This document shows, piece after piece, positions 56,201 to 64,000 of a DNA stretch of 64,000 nt. Both the position numbers and the translations under genes were made by a program. Each line of letters opens with the position of its first letter. The stretch's first letter is position 1. This DNA comes from Methanomicrobia archaeon. Its GTDB lineage: Archaea > Halobacteriota > Bog-38 > Methanoflorentales > Methanoflorentaceae. Location of the stretch: NCBI GenBank assembly GCA_015660915.1, contig JACTTZ010000003.1, positions 4,479 through 68,478 on the forward strand, in the 5' to 3' direction. Below the pieces are notes generated by a model. That model did no database searches, was not told the origin of the DNA, and saw nothing but the letters and a program-made list of their open reading frames with translations.

Positions 56201-56632
56201 ATGGCGAGCGAACAAGAAGTACGCGTGATATTAAGCCAGCTACAACAATCCGAGGCAGAAGCCCGTGCCTACGAACAGCAGATGGAAATCGTCAGCTTCA
56301 CCATCAGCGAGATAGAAAATGCAGTCGTCGCCGTGGAAGCGCTGTCGAAACCTGATATCGGCAAAGAGACGCTTATACCAATTGGGGCAAACTCGTTCGT
56401 GTATGGCACCATCCCCCAGACAAACAGGGTTATAATTGGACTTGGCGCGAACGTCTCCGCCGAGGTGGACGTCACGGACGCCGTGTCATACCTCACTGAG
56501 CGAAAGAAAAAACTCACTGAAATGCAAGGACAGTTCGCCGCTCGACTTAACCAGATCGGCTCTCAAATCTACTCACTCCAATCGAAGTTGCAGACGGTTC
56601 AGTCGCAGTTAAAGGCAACACCAGATGTTTGA
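56201..56632 (+). CDS. pfdA: prefoldin alpha subunit
   Basis: Coiled-coil / beta-hairpin / coiled-coil pattern. Starts MASEQEV directly after the LX stop. Confidence 0.7.
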   Translation: MASEQEVRVILSQLQQSEAEARAYEQQMEIVSFTISEIENAVVAVEALSKPDIGKETLIPIGANSFVYGTIPQTNRVIIGLGANVSAEVDVTDAVSYLTERKKKLTEMQGQFAARLNQIGSQIYSLQSKLQTVQSQLKATPDV

Positions 56633-57746
56633 AGGCTTAAGGCAACGGCTCAGTCAATTTAGAGAGAGCGTTAGCACTAAAGAACGCGAGCTTGATAATG
56701 AGGGAATCGAAGCCACTGCGAGTGAAGCACCGCCTTCTGATACAACTTTAAGAGAGCCCTCGCGCGAACCTGAAGCACCAAAAGCAACAAGCGCTGAGCC
56801 TGTTCAACCTGCTTCTAAATCTGCCGAAGAGCTGACGCAGCGCATTGAACCAAATGATGGCAAAAAGTCCAAAAGCGGCAAGTCCTTTTTTGAACGAGAA
56901 ATCAAAGATAAAGACCTTGAAGAGTCTCTTTGGGACCTTGAGATTGCCCTCCTTGAAAGCGATGTCGCTGTATCGGTCTCTGAAGAGATCATTGAGAATG
57001 TAAAAAAAGAGCTGGTCGGTACAAAAAGAAAATGGCGCCAAGACATCGGTGCTCTCGTCGAACAGGCGCTTCGCAACGGAATCTTACAGGTGCTCGATGT
57101 CAATGGCCTCGATTTCGATGAAATCATTAAAAACACTCCAAAACCTATCACCATTGTATTCACCGGAATAAATGGAACAGGGAAGACCACAACCATCGCA
57201 AAAGTGGCATACCGCCTCAAAAATCAGGGCTATAGCGTCGTGCTCGCTGCAGGGGACACGTATCGGGCCGGGGCTCTTGAACAGATTGAGCGCCACGCCG
57301 AGAGATTAGGAGTGAAGCTCGTCAAACACCAACAGGGCGCTGACCCTGCCGCAGTAATCTATGATGCCGTGCAGTATGCGCGAGCGAAACATAAGGACGT
57401 CGTCCTCGCAGATACCGCCGGGAGGATCCACACTAACGTCAACCTGATGAATCAGCTCAAAAAAATTGAGCGAGTCATAGACGCAGATTTAGTGGTCTTT
57501 GTCGACGAAGCGCTCGCGGGCAACGACGCCGTAGAGCGTGCTCTCCAGTTCAATACGGCAATGGCCATCGATGGATCGATTCTTACTAAGGTGGATGCCG
57601 ATTCGAAAGGGGGCACCGCCATCTCGATAGCGCACACAACGAGCAAGCCAATCCTGTTTTTGGGCATAGGACAGAATTACGAAGACATCGTCAAGTTTGA
57701 CCCCCAGTGGCTTTTGACTAGACTGTTCGACGAGGCGGACACGTAA
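56625..57746 (+). CDS. ftsY: signal recognition particle receptor FtsY
   Basis: SRP-GTPase G-domain (GINGTGKTTT, DTAGR). Confidence 0.9.
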   Translation: MFEGLRQRLSQFRESVSTKERELDNEGIEATASEAPPSDTTLREPSREPEAPKATSAEPVQPASKSAEELTQRIEPNDGKKSKSGKSFFEREIKDKDLEESLWDLEIALLESDVAVSVSEEIIENVKKELVGTKRKWRQDIGALVEQALRNGILQVLDVNGLDFDEIIKNTPKPITIVFTGINGTGKTTTIAKVAYRLKNQGYSVVLAAGDTYRAGALEQIERHAERLGVKLVKHQQGADPAAVIYDAVQYARAKHKDVVLADTAGRIHTNVNLMNQLKKIERVIDADLVVFVDEALAGNDAVERALQFNTAMAIDGSILTKVDADSKGGTAISIAHTTSKPILFLGIGQNYEDIVKFDPQWLLTRLFDEADT

Positions 57747-59066
57747 ATGGTAATGGAGAACTTAGGCAGCTCGCTTCGCGACACGCTCAAGAAACTAGCT
57801 CGAGCTAATCGCATCGACGAAAAAACGCTCAATGAAGTCGTAAAGGATATTCAACGTGCGCTCCTCAGCGCTGACGTCAACGTCGCTCTCGTGCAGCAGC
57901 TGTCGAAGCGCATTAAAGAAAGAGCGTTGAAGGAGGAGCTCTCGGGGAAACTGAACCCTCGTCAACACGTCATCAACATAGTATACCAAGAGCTTGTTGC
58001 GCTCCTTGGTGAGCCGATAACGGTACCACTCACCCGTCACACCGTGATCTTGGTCGGGCTTCAGGGCAGCGGCAAGACGACGACTACGGTGAAGCTTGCG
58101 CGATTTTTTCAGAAAAAGGGCTTGAAAGCCGCGGTCATCTGCGCTGACACCTTCCGCCCGGGGGCGTATGACCAGCTCTCACAGCTGTGTGAGCGGATCG
58201 ACGTCGCTTTTTACGGCGAATCAGAGAACACCAACGCGGTCGAAATAACGGCCCACGGCATCGCTGAGCTCAAACGCCACGACGTTATCCTCGTCGATAC
58301 AGCGGGACGCCACGCACTCGAATCAGACCTCGTTCTCGAGATGAAGGCCATCAACGACATAGCGAACGCTGACCAGCGCTTCCTGGTGCTCGACTCTGGC
58401 ATAGGTCAGCAGGCGAGCGAGCAAGCGCGAGCGTTTAACGCAGCGATCGGCTTAACAGGCGTCATTGTGACGAAGCTCGATGGAACAGCGAAAGGAGGTG
58501 GCGCACTTTCAGCAGTTGCGGAGGTTGGAACAGGCATAGCGTTCATCGGCACGGGCGAAACCATAGATGACTTCGAAAAGTTCGAACCGGACCGATTCAT
58601 CTCTCGGCTGCTCGGAATGGGGGATATTAAGACCTTGGTCGAAATGATCGAAGAAGAACCTCCCATCGAGACAGAAGAAGCAGAGGCGATGCTCAAAGGC
58701 GATTTTACGCTGAAAGATATGTACAAACAAATGAAAGCGATTAGTAAGATGGGTCCCCTCACTAAAATCGTCCAAATGCTTCCGCTTGGATCACTCGGTG
58801 TCGATATCCCCGACACTGCGCTTCAATCGACGAAAGAAACGCTAGACCATTTTAAAGTAGTCATGGATTCGATGACTGATGAAGAGCTCGAACATCCGCG
58901 CATTATTCGCAGTTCACGCATCAAGCGGATCGCGCGCGGCTCGGGCGTCCCTTCTGATAACGTGCGTGAGCTCCTAAAATATCACAAAATGATGCAGAGA
59001 ACGTTGAAAGGCGTTCGCTCGCAAAAAGACATGCAAAAGTTCTTGAGGAAACAAGGGCTCAAGTGA
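57747..59066 (+). CDS. srp54: signal recognition particle protein SRP54
   Basis: N-, G- (GLQGSGKTTT, DTAGR) and M-domains. Confidence 0.9.
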   Translation: MVMENLGSSLRDTLKKLARANRIDEKTLNEVVKDIQRALLSADVNVALVQQLSKRIKERALKEELSGKLNPRQHVINIVYQELVALLGEPITVPLTRHTVILVGLQGSGKTTTTVKLARFFQKKGLKAAVICADTFRPGAYDQLSQLCERIDVAFYGESENTNAVEITAHGIAELKRHDVILVDTAGRHALESDLVLEMKAINDIANADQRFLVLDSGIGQQASEQARAFNAAIGLTGVIVTKLDGTAKGGGALSAVAEVGTGIAFIGTGETIDDFEKFEPDRFISRLLGMGDIKTLVEMIEEEPPIETEEAEAMLKGDFTLKDMYKQMKAISKMGPLTKIVQMLPLGSLGVDIPDTALQSTKETLDHFKVVMDSMTDEELEHPRIIRSSRIKRIARGSGVPSDNVRELLKYHKMMQRTLKGVRSQKDMQKFLRKQGLK

Positions 59067-59372
59067 CAAAATGTGTGGAGATGCGAACATCAGAGAAGTT
59101 GAAGCAATTCGGTTTTTCGCTTTTCATAGGCCTCGCTAGTGATAAAACCTTTCTCACGTAACACATCGAGCTTTTCTATTTGCTCGATTATGTCCTCTTT
59201 CATGCTTTGATGCTTCTCTTCGTTAGCCATCGTGTTTCGGATAGCCTTTATGAACGATAAACTTTATGTATTTTCACACGTAATAATATATTCTTTTTTG
59301 CTTGCACCCTTCACGTAGACGTTAACCCAAGAAGTGGTACACGCGTAGCGTGTAAAAGCAGTACTTTGAACA

Positions 59373-59468
59373 AGCCGCCGGAGGGATTTGAACCCTCGAT
59401 CTGCTGATACTTCTTTGAGCGGTGCTCAAATACGAATCAGCCGCTATGCCGAGCTTAGCCACGGCGGC
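59373..59468 (-). tRNA. tRNA-Thr(CGU) with a 22-nt intron (hairpin UUUGAGC...GCUCAAA) after position 37
   Basis: Manual fold: acceptor GCCGCCG/CGGCGGC, D-stem GCTA/TAGC, anticodon stem GCTGA/TCAGC with loop UUCGUAA, T-arm GAGGG-TTCAAAT-CCCTC. Confidence 0.6.
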
Positions 59469-59488
59469 CACGCATAGTATGTTTAGAC

Positions 59489-59500
59489 ATATATAAATGC
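59489..59500 (-). promoter_or_regulatory. TATA box (TTTATATA, with upstream AAAGCA BRE-like) for tRNA-Thr
   Basis: AT-rich TATA about 22 nt upstream of the tRNA 5' end on the coding strand. Confidence 0.35.
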
Positions 59501-59905
59501 TTTACACGTTCAGCTGGACAAACTCTCGATAGCGGGTTCACATTAAGACCGAGCACGAGAAAAAGATGGCTCGCGCGCTACAGCTGATACGCCCCTGCAG
59601 CTTGCTTAGCAAACAGCGCTCCTACGCACCCAGTTTCATGAACCCTTAATCCTGAAATAGGAAGGAGAGACGTTGATAACCGCAACGTCAATCTGGCACC
59701 AGCTGACGCATAACCGCAGGCCGCTCATAACCCCCACAAAATCTCGGGCTATCCAAAACTATTATGGAAAACGTTAACTGTATTACCTGACTGTGTCGCT
59801 CTTGTCACGGCGAACCTCATAACCACCTAGCGGTTCTTGAAATAGACGTGCGACGCCACCAAGACAACCTCGTTGTTTTGCATACAGATGACGAATCAAA
59901 GCGCG

Positions 59906-61111
59906 ATGAAGACAATCGATTCCATCTTAGTCCGATACGGCGAAATTGGGATCAAAAGCGACAGAGTTAGGAGCCGCTATGAGCACACGCTCGTTAACAA
60001 CATAGAAAAAGCATTAGACTTTTGCGAAATTCCGCATGATGCTGTTGTTAGAGATTTTGGCCGCATTTTTGTCCATACGCAACACGCGGCAGCAGCTCCG
60101 GCGGTAGCACGTGTTTTTGGGGTGGTCTCAGTTAGCCCCGTCCAGACGAGCATAGCGACGTTAGACGCTATGAAAGACGCAGCCTTGCGAATCATATCGC
60201 CGCTGCTTACGGGGGAAAAATCCTTTGGAATTCGGCCACGTCGAACAGGAACGCACGACTACACTAGTAAAGACATTGGCGTCACTGTCGGACGCGCGAT
60301 TGAAAAAGCCACAGGCGCACCCGTGCGGTTGACAAAACCAGATGTCCCGTTATTTATCGAAGTTAGGGCGGAGCGCGCTTATATCTACACAGAGGTTATC
60401 CGCGGAGTCGGAGGCCTGCCGCTCGGAACCCAAGGAAAAGTGGTCGCCCTCATCTCAGGTGGTATCGATTCACCAGTCGCAGCGTGGCTCATGATGAAGC
60501 GCGGTTGCACGATCGTCCCTTTGTTTTTTGACTGTGAGCCCTACACAAGCGACGCCGGACGCGAGCGGGCACTGGGTGTTGTCAAAGCACTCGCGGTGTG
60601 GGCGGGACGCCCGTTAGATCTCGCTATAGTGCAACACGGCGGTAGTTTAGGTCAGTTTAGGAAGCTGGCCCCACGAGCAACCTGCATACTTTGCAAACGC
60701 ATGATGTATAGGATCGCCGCATCGATCGCGAAAGCAACTAGAGCGCACGGTATTGTGACTGGAGAGAGCATTGGACAGGTTGCAAGCCAAACGACCCAAA
60801 ATCTCTTAGCAATCGACCAAGCTTCCGATGCCCCCGTTTACCGTCCACTTATAGGCCTCGATAAGACGGAAAGCATTAAGTTGGCGCGACGTATCGGAAC
60901 ATACCCTTTGTCGACGGCTGGTCATCCTGCAGTTTGCGGGGCTGCGCACCGACACCCGACTACTAATGCGGATCTTGCCGAACTGAAGGCATTAGAGACA
61001 CAACTACCGCTACGCGAACTGACCGCCGCGGCATCAAAAAGCCTCACTTGGCAACGTATCTTCCCCGAAAAGTCATTTCGATGGGTTTTGTGCCCCGAGC
61101 GAAAAGCGTAG
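59906..61111 (+). CDS. thiI: tRNA 4-thiouridine synthase ThiI (THUMP + PP-loop)
   Basis: SGGIDSPVAAW PP-loop and ferredoxin-like/THUMP N-terminal region. Confidence 0.8.
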   Translation: MKTIDSILVRYGEIGIKSDRVRSRYEHTLVNNIEKALDFCEIPHDAVVRDFGRIFVHTQHAAAAPAVARVFGVVSVSPVQTSIATLDAMKDAALRIISPLLTGEKSFGIRPRRTGTHDYTSKDIGVTVGRAIEKATGAPVRLTKPDVPLFIEVRAERAYIYTEVIRGVGGLPLGTQGKVVALISGGIDSPVAAWLMMKRGCTIVPLFFDCEPYTSDAGRERALGVVKALAVWAGRPLDLAIVQHGGSLGQFRKLAPRATCILCKRMMYRIAASIAKATRAHGIVTGESIGQVASQTTQNLLAIDQASDAPVYRPLIGLDKTESIKLARRIGTYPLSTAGHPAVCGAAHRHPTTNADLAELKALETQLPLRELTAAASKSLTWQRIFPEKSFRWVLCPERKA

Positions 61112-61203
61112 TGGCCTAACGCGTCTCGTTGCGCCTAAGCTGCTATTTGCGACCTTCTTGCGTTTCATTGAGCGCTCACACACGGCAATGTGCGCTGCGT
61201 TTT

Positions 61204-61524
61204 TCATTTTGAAAGATCGGTCCAACTTTGCGTGACTTCGTCGAACGCCCTCTGCAGGTATTTCTCTTGTAATAAGCGGTCGACATCCGCCTCGAGCAGG
61301 TTTGCGATTGAAAGCGCGCAAAATATGACGTCAACAACCTCTTCTGTGGCAGTCGCTTCCTGACGTCGTACCGCAGTCGCAAGCTCGCCACATTCTTCTA
61401 AGAGGACCGAAAGAAGAAAGAGTGGACCCGACGCCCTGTCGATCGTGCCGTACCTGACCTTGATTTGCTCCTGTATGTCTGCAAGATCCATCTTAACTTC
61501 GCGATGCGGCCAAGCGGACGTCAT
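61204..61524 (-). CDS. MazG-like nucleotide pyrophosphohydrolase domain protein
   Basis: E..ELA.A all-alpha NTP-PPase pattern (EECGELATAV...EE..D). Confidence 0.55.
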   Translation of the reverse strand: MTSAWPHREVKMDLADIQEQIKVRYGTIDRASGPLFLLSVLLEECGELATAVRRQEATATEEVVDVIFCALSIANLLEADVDRLLQEKYLQRAFDEVTQSWTDLSK

Positions 61525-61699
61525 CGACGCGAATCGTTTTCCTTCCAGCGTGCTGTGCCAATATCAAAGCGCGTTCAGTCAAATCAATTACGTAGTTTTC
61601 CATAACGTTAGCAAGGGCTTCCGCTGCCTCTTGGCTTACCCGTTCCGCGCCCGCCTTTCGGATAATTCTGTCAACGGGAGCGATAGGTAGTTCAGTCAT
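61493..61699 (-). CDS. archaeal histone (HMf family)
   Basis: 68 aa; histone-fold signature LPIAPV.RIIRKAGAERVS..A...L.....TIRV.DV.LA. Confidence 0.8.
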   Translation of the reverse strand: MTELPIAPVDRIIRKAGAERVSQEAAEALANVMENYVIDLTERALILAQHAGRKTIRVDDVRLAASRS

Positions 61700-61762
61700 T
61701 TTGGCCTCCTAACTTTTTTTTTGCTTCCAGTTTAGCACGCGAGCGTCATTGTGCTCCTTTCG

Positions 61763-62257
61763 CTACTTGAAGCTAGTATACTGCCAATCCCACGGCTGTC
61801 CACAACGCTGATCCTGCGCACTTCCATTTATGAGTGCGGGACACACGGTGGGATCGTTCCAAGGGCGCCGCTCCTCGTCAGGTGCCGCGTAGTCGTAGAG
61901 CTTGTTAACGAAGTATACCAGATATGCTCGCTGTTCGCCGAGGACTTTGAATCCGTGCCAATACTGCCCGGGAATACGTACTGATTGTGAAACGTCGCTG
62001 GTGAGAATGATCTCGTTTAGTTCTGCAGTAGTATCGTCAAATGCACAAAGCTTAATCGCACCGTGCAAAATGACGAATTGGTCGGTCTGTCCCCGAGTAT
62101 GCCGATGCCACGCCCGGACGACGCCGGGGTAGGTGATGGAGAAATTGCATTGCTGCAGTGAATCATCGCCTATCCAATCTTGCCTGACTAGTTCTGTGAA
62201 GAATCCTCGCTCGTCTGCGTGTTTGATGAGTGGTCTCGTCTCAACCCCTCGAAGCAT
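61763..62257 (-). CDS. rmlC: dTDP-4-dehydrorhamnose 3,5-epimerase-like cupin
   Basis: RmlC family pattern (RGFF.E....W, H.H....DQ). Confidence 0.65.
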   Translation of the reverse strand: MLRGVETRPLIKHADERGFFTELVRQDWIGDDSLQQCNFSITYPGVVRAWHRHTRGQTDQFVILHGAIKLCAFDDTTAELNEIILTSDVSQSVRIPGQYWHGFKVLGEQRAYLVYFVNKLYDYAAPDEERRPWNDPTVCPALINGSAQDQRCGQPWDWQYTSFK

Positions 62258-62325
62258 AACTGAACTCTGCGCTCCTAGTTTAACTTGTTTGCGTTATGGC
62301 GCCGCGTATCTTCAATCGCAGGGCG

Positions 62326-63288
62326 CTACGTCAAGGCTCGTCCGAACAGCAGCACGACCGCGAGTATGAAGGTGAACATCGATGTGAAGAGCATGACGTT
62401 TACCGCGCGCCTGACGGTGGCCCTAGTGGTATCTTCTTTGCCTTCGCCAATTTCGTAGCTTGAAGGCTTAGTCAGCGTCACGCCTAAGCCTCCTGCGAAT
62501 AGGGCAACCGGGATCCCCGAGTTGATCGCGCGCTTCTTATGTCGGTCCCGTTTTAATACTGACCACGCCAAACTGCAGGCCGTTTTGCCTGACATCACGC
62601 GAAACCCGAGCAGCATGGGAATAACTGCGAGGCGAGTCGGAAGGTAGTTGAGGAAGTCGTCCAGTCGGGCTGAAAACAGCCCTGCGTGCTCCCTATTATC
62701 TCTATAGCCAAGCATTGAATCGAGCGTGTTCACGGCACGATAACATAGGGCGCCGACGACGCCAAAAACGGCAAAGAACAGGAGAGGAGAAACGACGCTG
62801 TCAACGGTGTTCTCCGCGACTGATTCACATACGCTCGAAAGGATACGCTCGCGATTGAGACCCTCTCTGTCCCGGCTGACGAGTGCTCGCAGTCGGAAGC
62901 GAGCCGCCTCGATGTCTGTGTAAGCCAGATCCGTCACGCAGAGGGCTTCTTTTTGCAGCGTAAATATAGTGAAGGAGGCCTTGAGCAGGTAAGCACTCAG
63001 CCCAACGTAAAGCAGCAGTAAAGCACTGTTTGCGCTTGCGATGCGATAGCCGAGCAATTGAAAAAGCGCCACAGGCACGGCAAAACTAACAATCACGACT
63101 GCGGCTGCTGCCGTTCCCTTAAGTCTTTGAGTGCGTTCGGTTCCCTTATACAGACCTTTCTCGAGTGCTGCAACGATTCGCCCCATCCAGACGACAGGAT
63201 GGACTTTTGCGGGAGGTTCGCCGACAAATGCGTCAAGCGCCAAGGCAACAAAAAGGATCGAGATCTGGACTAGAAGCCAAGAAAGCAT
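62326..63288 (-). CDS. cbiB: adenosylcobinamide-phosphate synthase CbiB/CobD
   Basis: Membrane protein with the CobD family N-terminus (DAFVGEPPAKVHPVVWMG). Confidence 0.8.
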   Translation of the reverse strand: MLSWLLVQISILFVALALDAFVGEPPAKVHPVVWMGRIVAALEKGLYKGTERTQRLKGTAAAAVVIVSFAVPVALFQLLGYRIASANSALLLLYVGLSAYLLKASFTIFTLQKEALCVTDLAYTDIEAARFRLRALVSRDREGLNRERILSSVCESVAENTVDSVVSPLLFFAVFGVVGALCYRAVNTLDSMLGYRDNREHAGLFSARLDDFLNYLPTRLAVIPMLLGFRVMSGKTACSLAWSVLKRDRHKKRAINSGIPVALFAGGLGVTLTKPSSYEIGEGKEDTTRATVRRAVNVMLFTSMFTFILAVVLLFGRALT

Positions 63289-63291
63289 TTC

Positions 63292-64000
63292 TCACAATCC
63301 AATGATTGAATACAGCGCTTCCATGTCGACGTGTTGCTGCACTACCCGAGCCAACTCATTAAAGGGATCCCCATCGTAATCGGAGTGCGGAGCACGTTGC
63401 GAAGTCGTTGAGAGCGAGAGCGCCTTATGGCGCACGTGTTGTCGCCGCTGCGAATGTCTTGAGTGCAGATATTCATACAAAACTGAGCGAAAATTGTCGT
63501 TGTGGAACAAGCCGTGCAAGTAGGTGCCCAAAACGAGGCCTTTTTCATCCTGCGCCCCATCATCACTGAATATCGGGAAAGCACTTGTAGTGGTACCCAT
63601 ATGAATTTCGTATCCTCGTATCGTATTGTTTCGCAAGCGGTCGAGCAGTGGCCCGTTTCCTGTAACGTATTTTTCCACCTGTTTCGTCTCTTTCCTACGC
63701 GAGTTAAAAACGGTATGGACGTGCAGCAGCCGTAACCCTTCTATCGCTTTGCTTTCGTTTTTCGTGCCCTCAAAGCCCTCATCAGTTATAGTCTCACCGA
63801 GCATCTGAAATCCACCACAGATGCCAATGATCGGGATTGTTCCCGCACTCGCTAAGATCTGCTTATCCATCCCCGACCGGCGCACTGCGGCCAAATCGTC
63901 AATGGTGTTTTTTGTGCCGGGAATAATCAACGCGTCTGGAGAACCAAGATCGCCGTCTAGCGAGACATATCGGATTTGGGCAATGGCTTCGAGGGGTTCA
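63292..64000 (-). CDS. cbiP: cobyric acid synthase CobQ/CbiP, C-terminal (GATase) part; the gene continues beyond the window
   Basis: GICGGFQMLG class-I glutamine amidotransferase motif. The ORF is open to the window edge. Confidence 0.7.
   Translation of the reverse strand, partial: EPLEAIAQIRYVSLDGDLGSPDALIIPGTKNTIDDLAAVRRSGMDKQILASAGTIPIIGICGGFQMLGETITDEGFEGTKNESKAIEGLRLLHVHTVFNSRRKETKQVEKYVTGNGPLLDRLRNNTIRGYEIHMGTTTSAFPIFSDDGAQDEKGLVLGTYLHGLFHNDNFRSVLYEYLHSRHSQRRQHVRHKALSLSTTSQRAPHSDYDGDPFNELARVVQQHVDMEALYSIIGL

Noticed and set aside
1-64000. CRISPR arrays / cas genes
   Set aside because: No regularly spaced short direct repeats with unique spacers were seen. The tandem repeats found (7570-7605, 7841-7920) are too short and irregular, and no Cas-like ORFs are present.

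Overview
This window is an archaeal (euryarchaeal) chromosome segment with two very different halves. Marker genes include an archaeal histone, aRF1, aEF-1beta, Rpp21, L31e/L39e/LX/S19e, eIF6, prefoldin alpha, FtsY/SRP54, TYW1, hypCAE, and two intron-containing tRNAs.

Left part (about 1-21,300): a composite, decayed integrated mobile-element / defence island.
- It is bounded on the left by a 3'-half tRNA fragment (att-like) at 2057-2108 and by AT-rich cargo.
- Defence cargo: a 936-aa gamma-class N6-adenine DNA methyltransferase (type IIG-like), an Mrr-like type IV endonuclease, and an EVE-domain protein.
- Replication cargo: an iteron-like repeat region, a D5/P4-type primase-helicase, and a small Spo11/Topo VI-A-like (Mini-A-like) wH+Toprim protein inserted with a duplicated gene-junction repeat.
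- Other cargo: a pentapeptide-repeat protein with internal duplication and a non-repeat alpha/beta C-terminal domain, and a proteasome-beta-like Ntn-hydrolase fusion protein.
- Integration footprint: one intact tyrosine integrase plus at least three co-oriented integrase C-terminal remnants, suggesting repeated or tandem integrations.

Right part (about 21,300-64,000): conserved core genes.
- hypC-hypA-hypE, aRF1, ArgRS, TYW1, a HEAT-repeat protein, and a complete sirC-hemA-hemB-hemL-hemC-cobA-hemD tetrapyrrole cluster.
- An ATP-grasp plus hydantoinase-like pair.
- A segmentally duplicated block of TrmB-family regulators and geranylgeranyl reductases, with a UbiA prenyltransferase plus SAM-methyltransferase insertion, and paralogous small 4-Cys proteins.
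- A patatin-like phospholipase and an amino-acid-kinase-family protein.
- The conserved archaeal cluster EF1B - tRNA-Gly - Rpp21 - YhbY - S19e - PDCD5-like - Dph6-like - L39e - L31e - eIF6 - LX - prefoldin alpha - FtsY - SRP54 - tRNA-Thr - ThiI.
- MazG-like protein, histone, RmlC, CbiB and a partial CobQ.

No CRISPR array was seen. All calls rest on motif-level reading of the ORF translations and on repeats visible in the DNA; no database search was possible.
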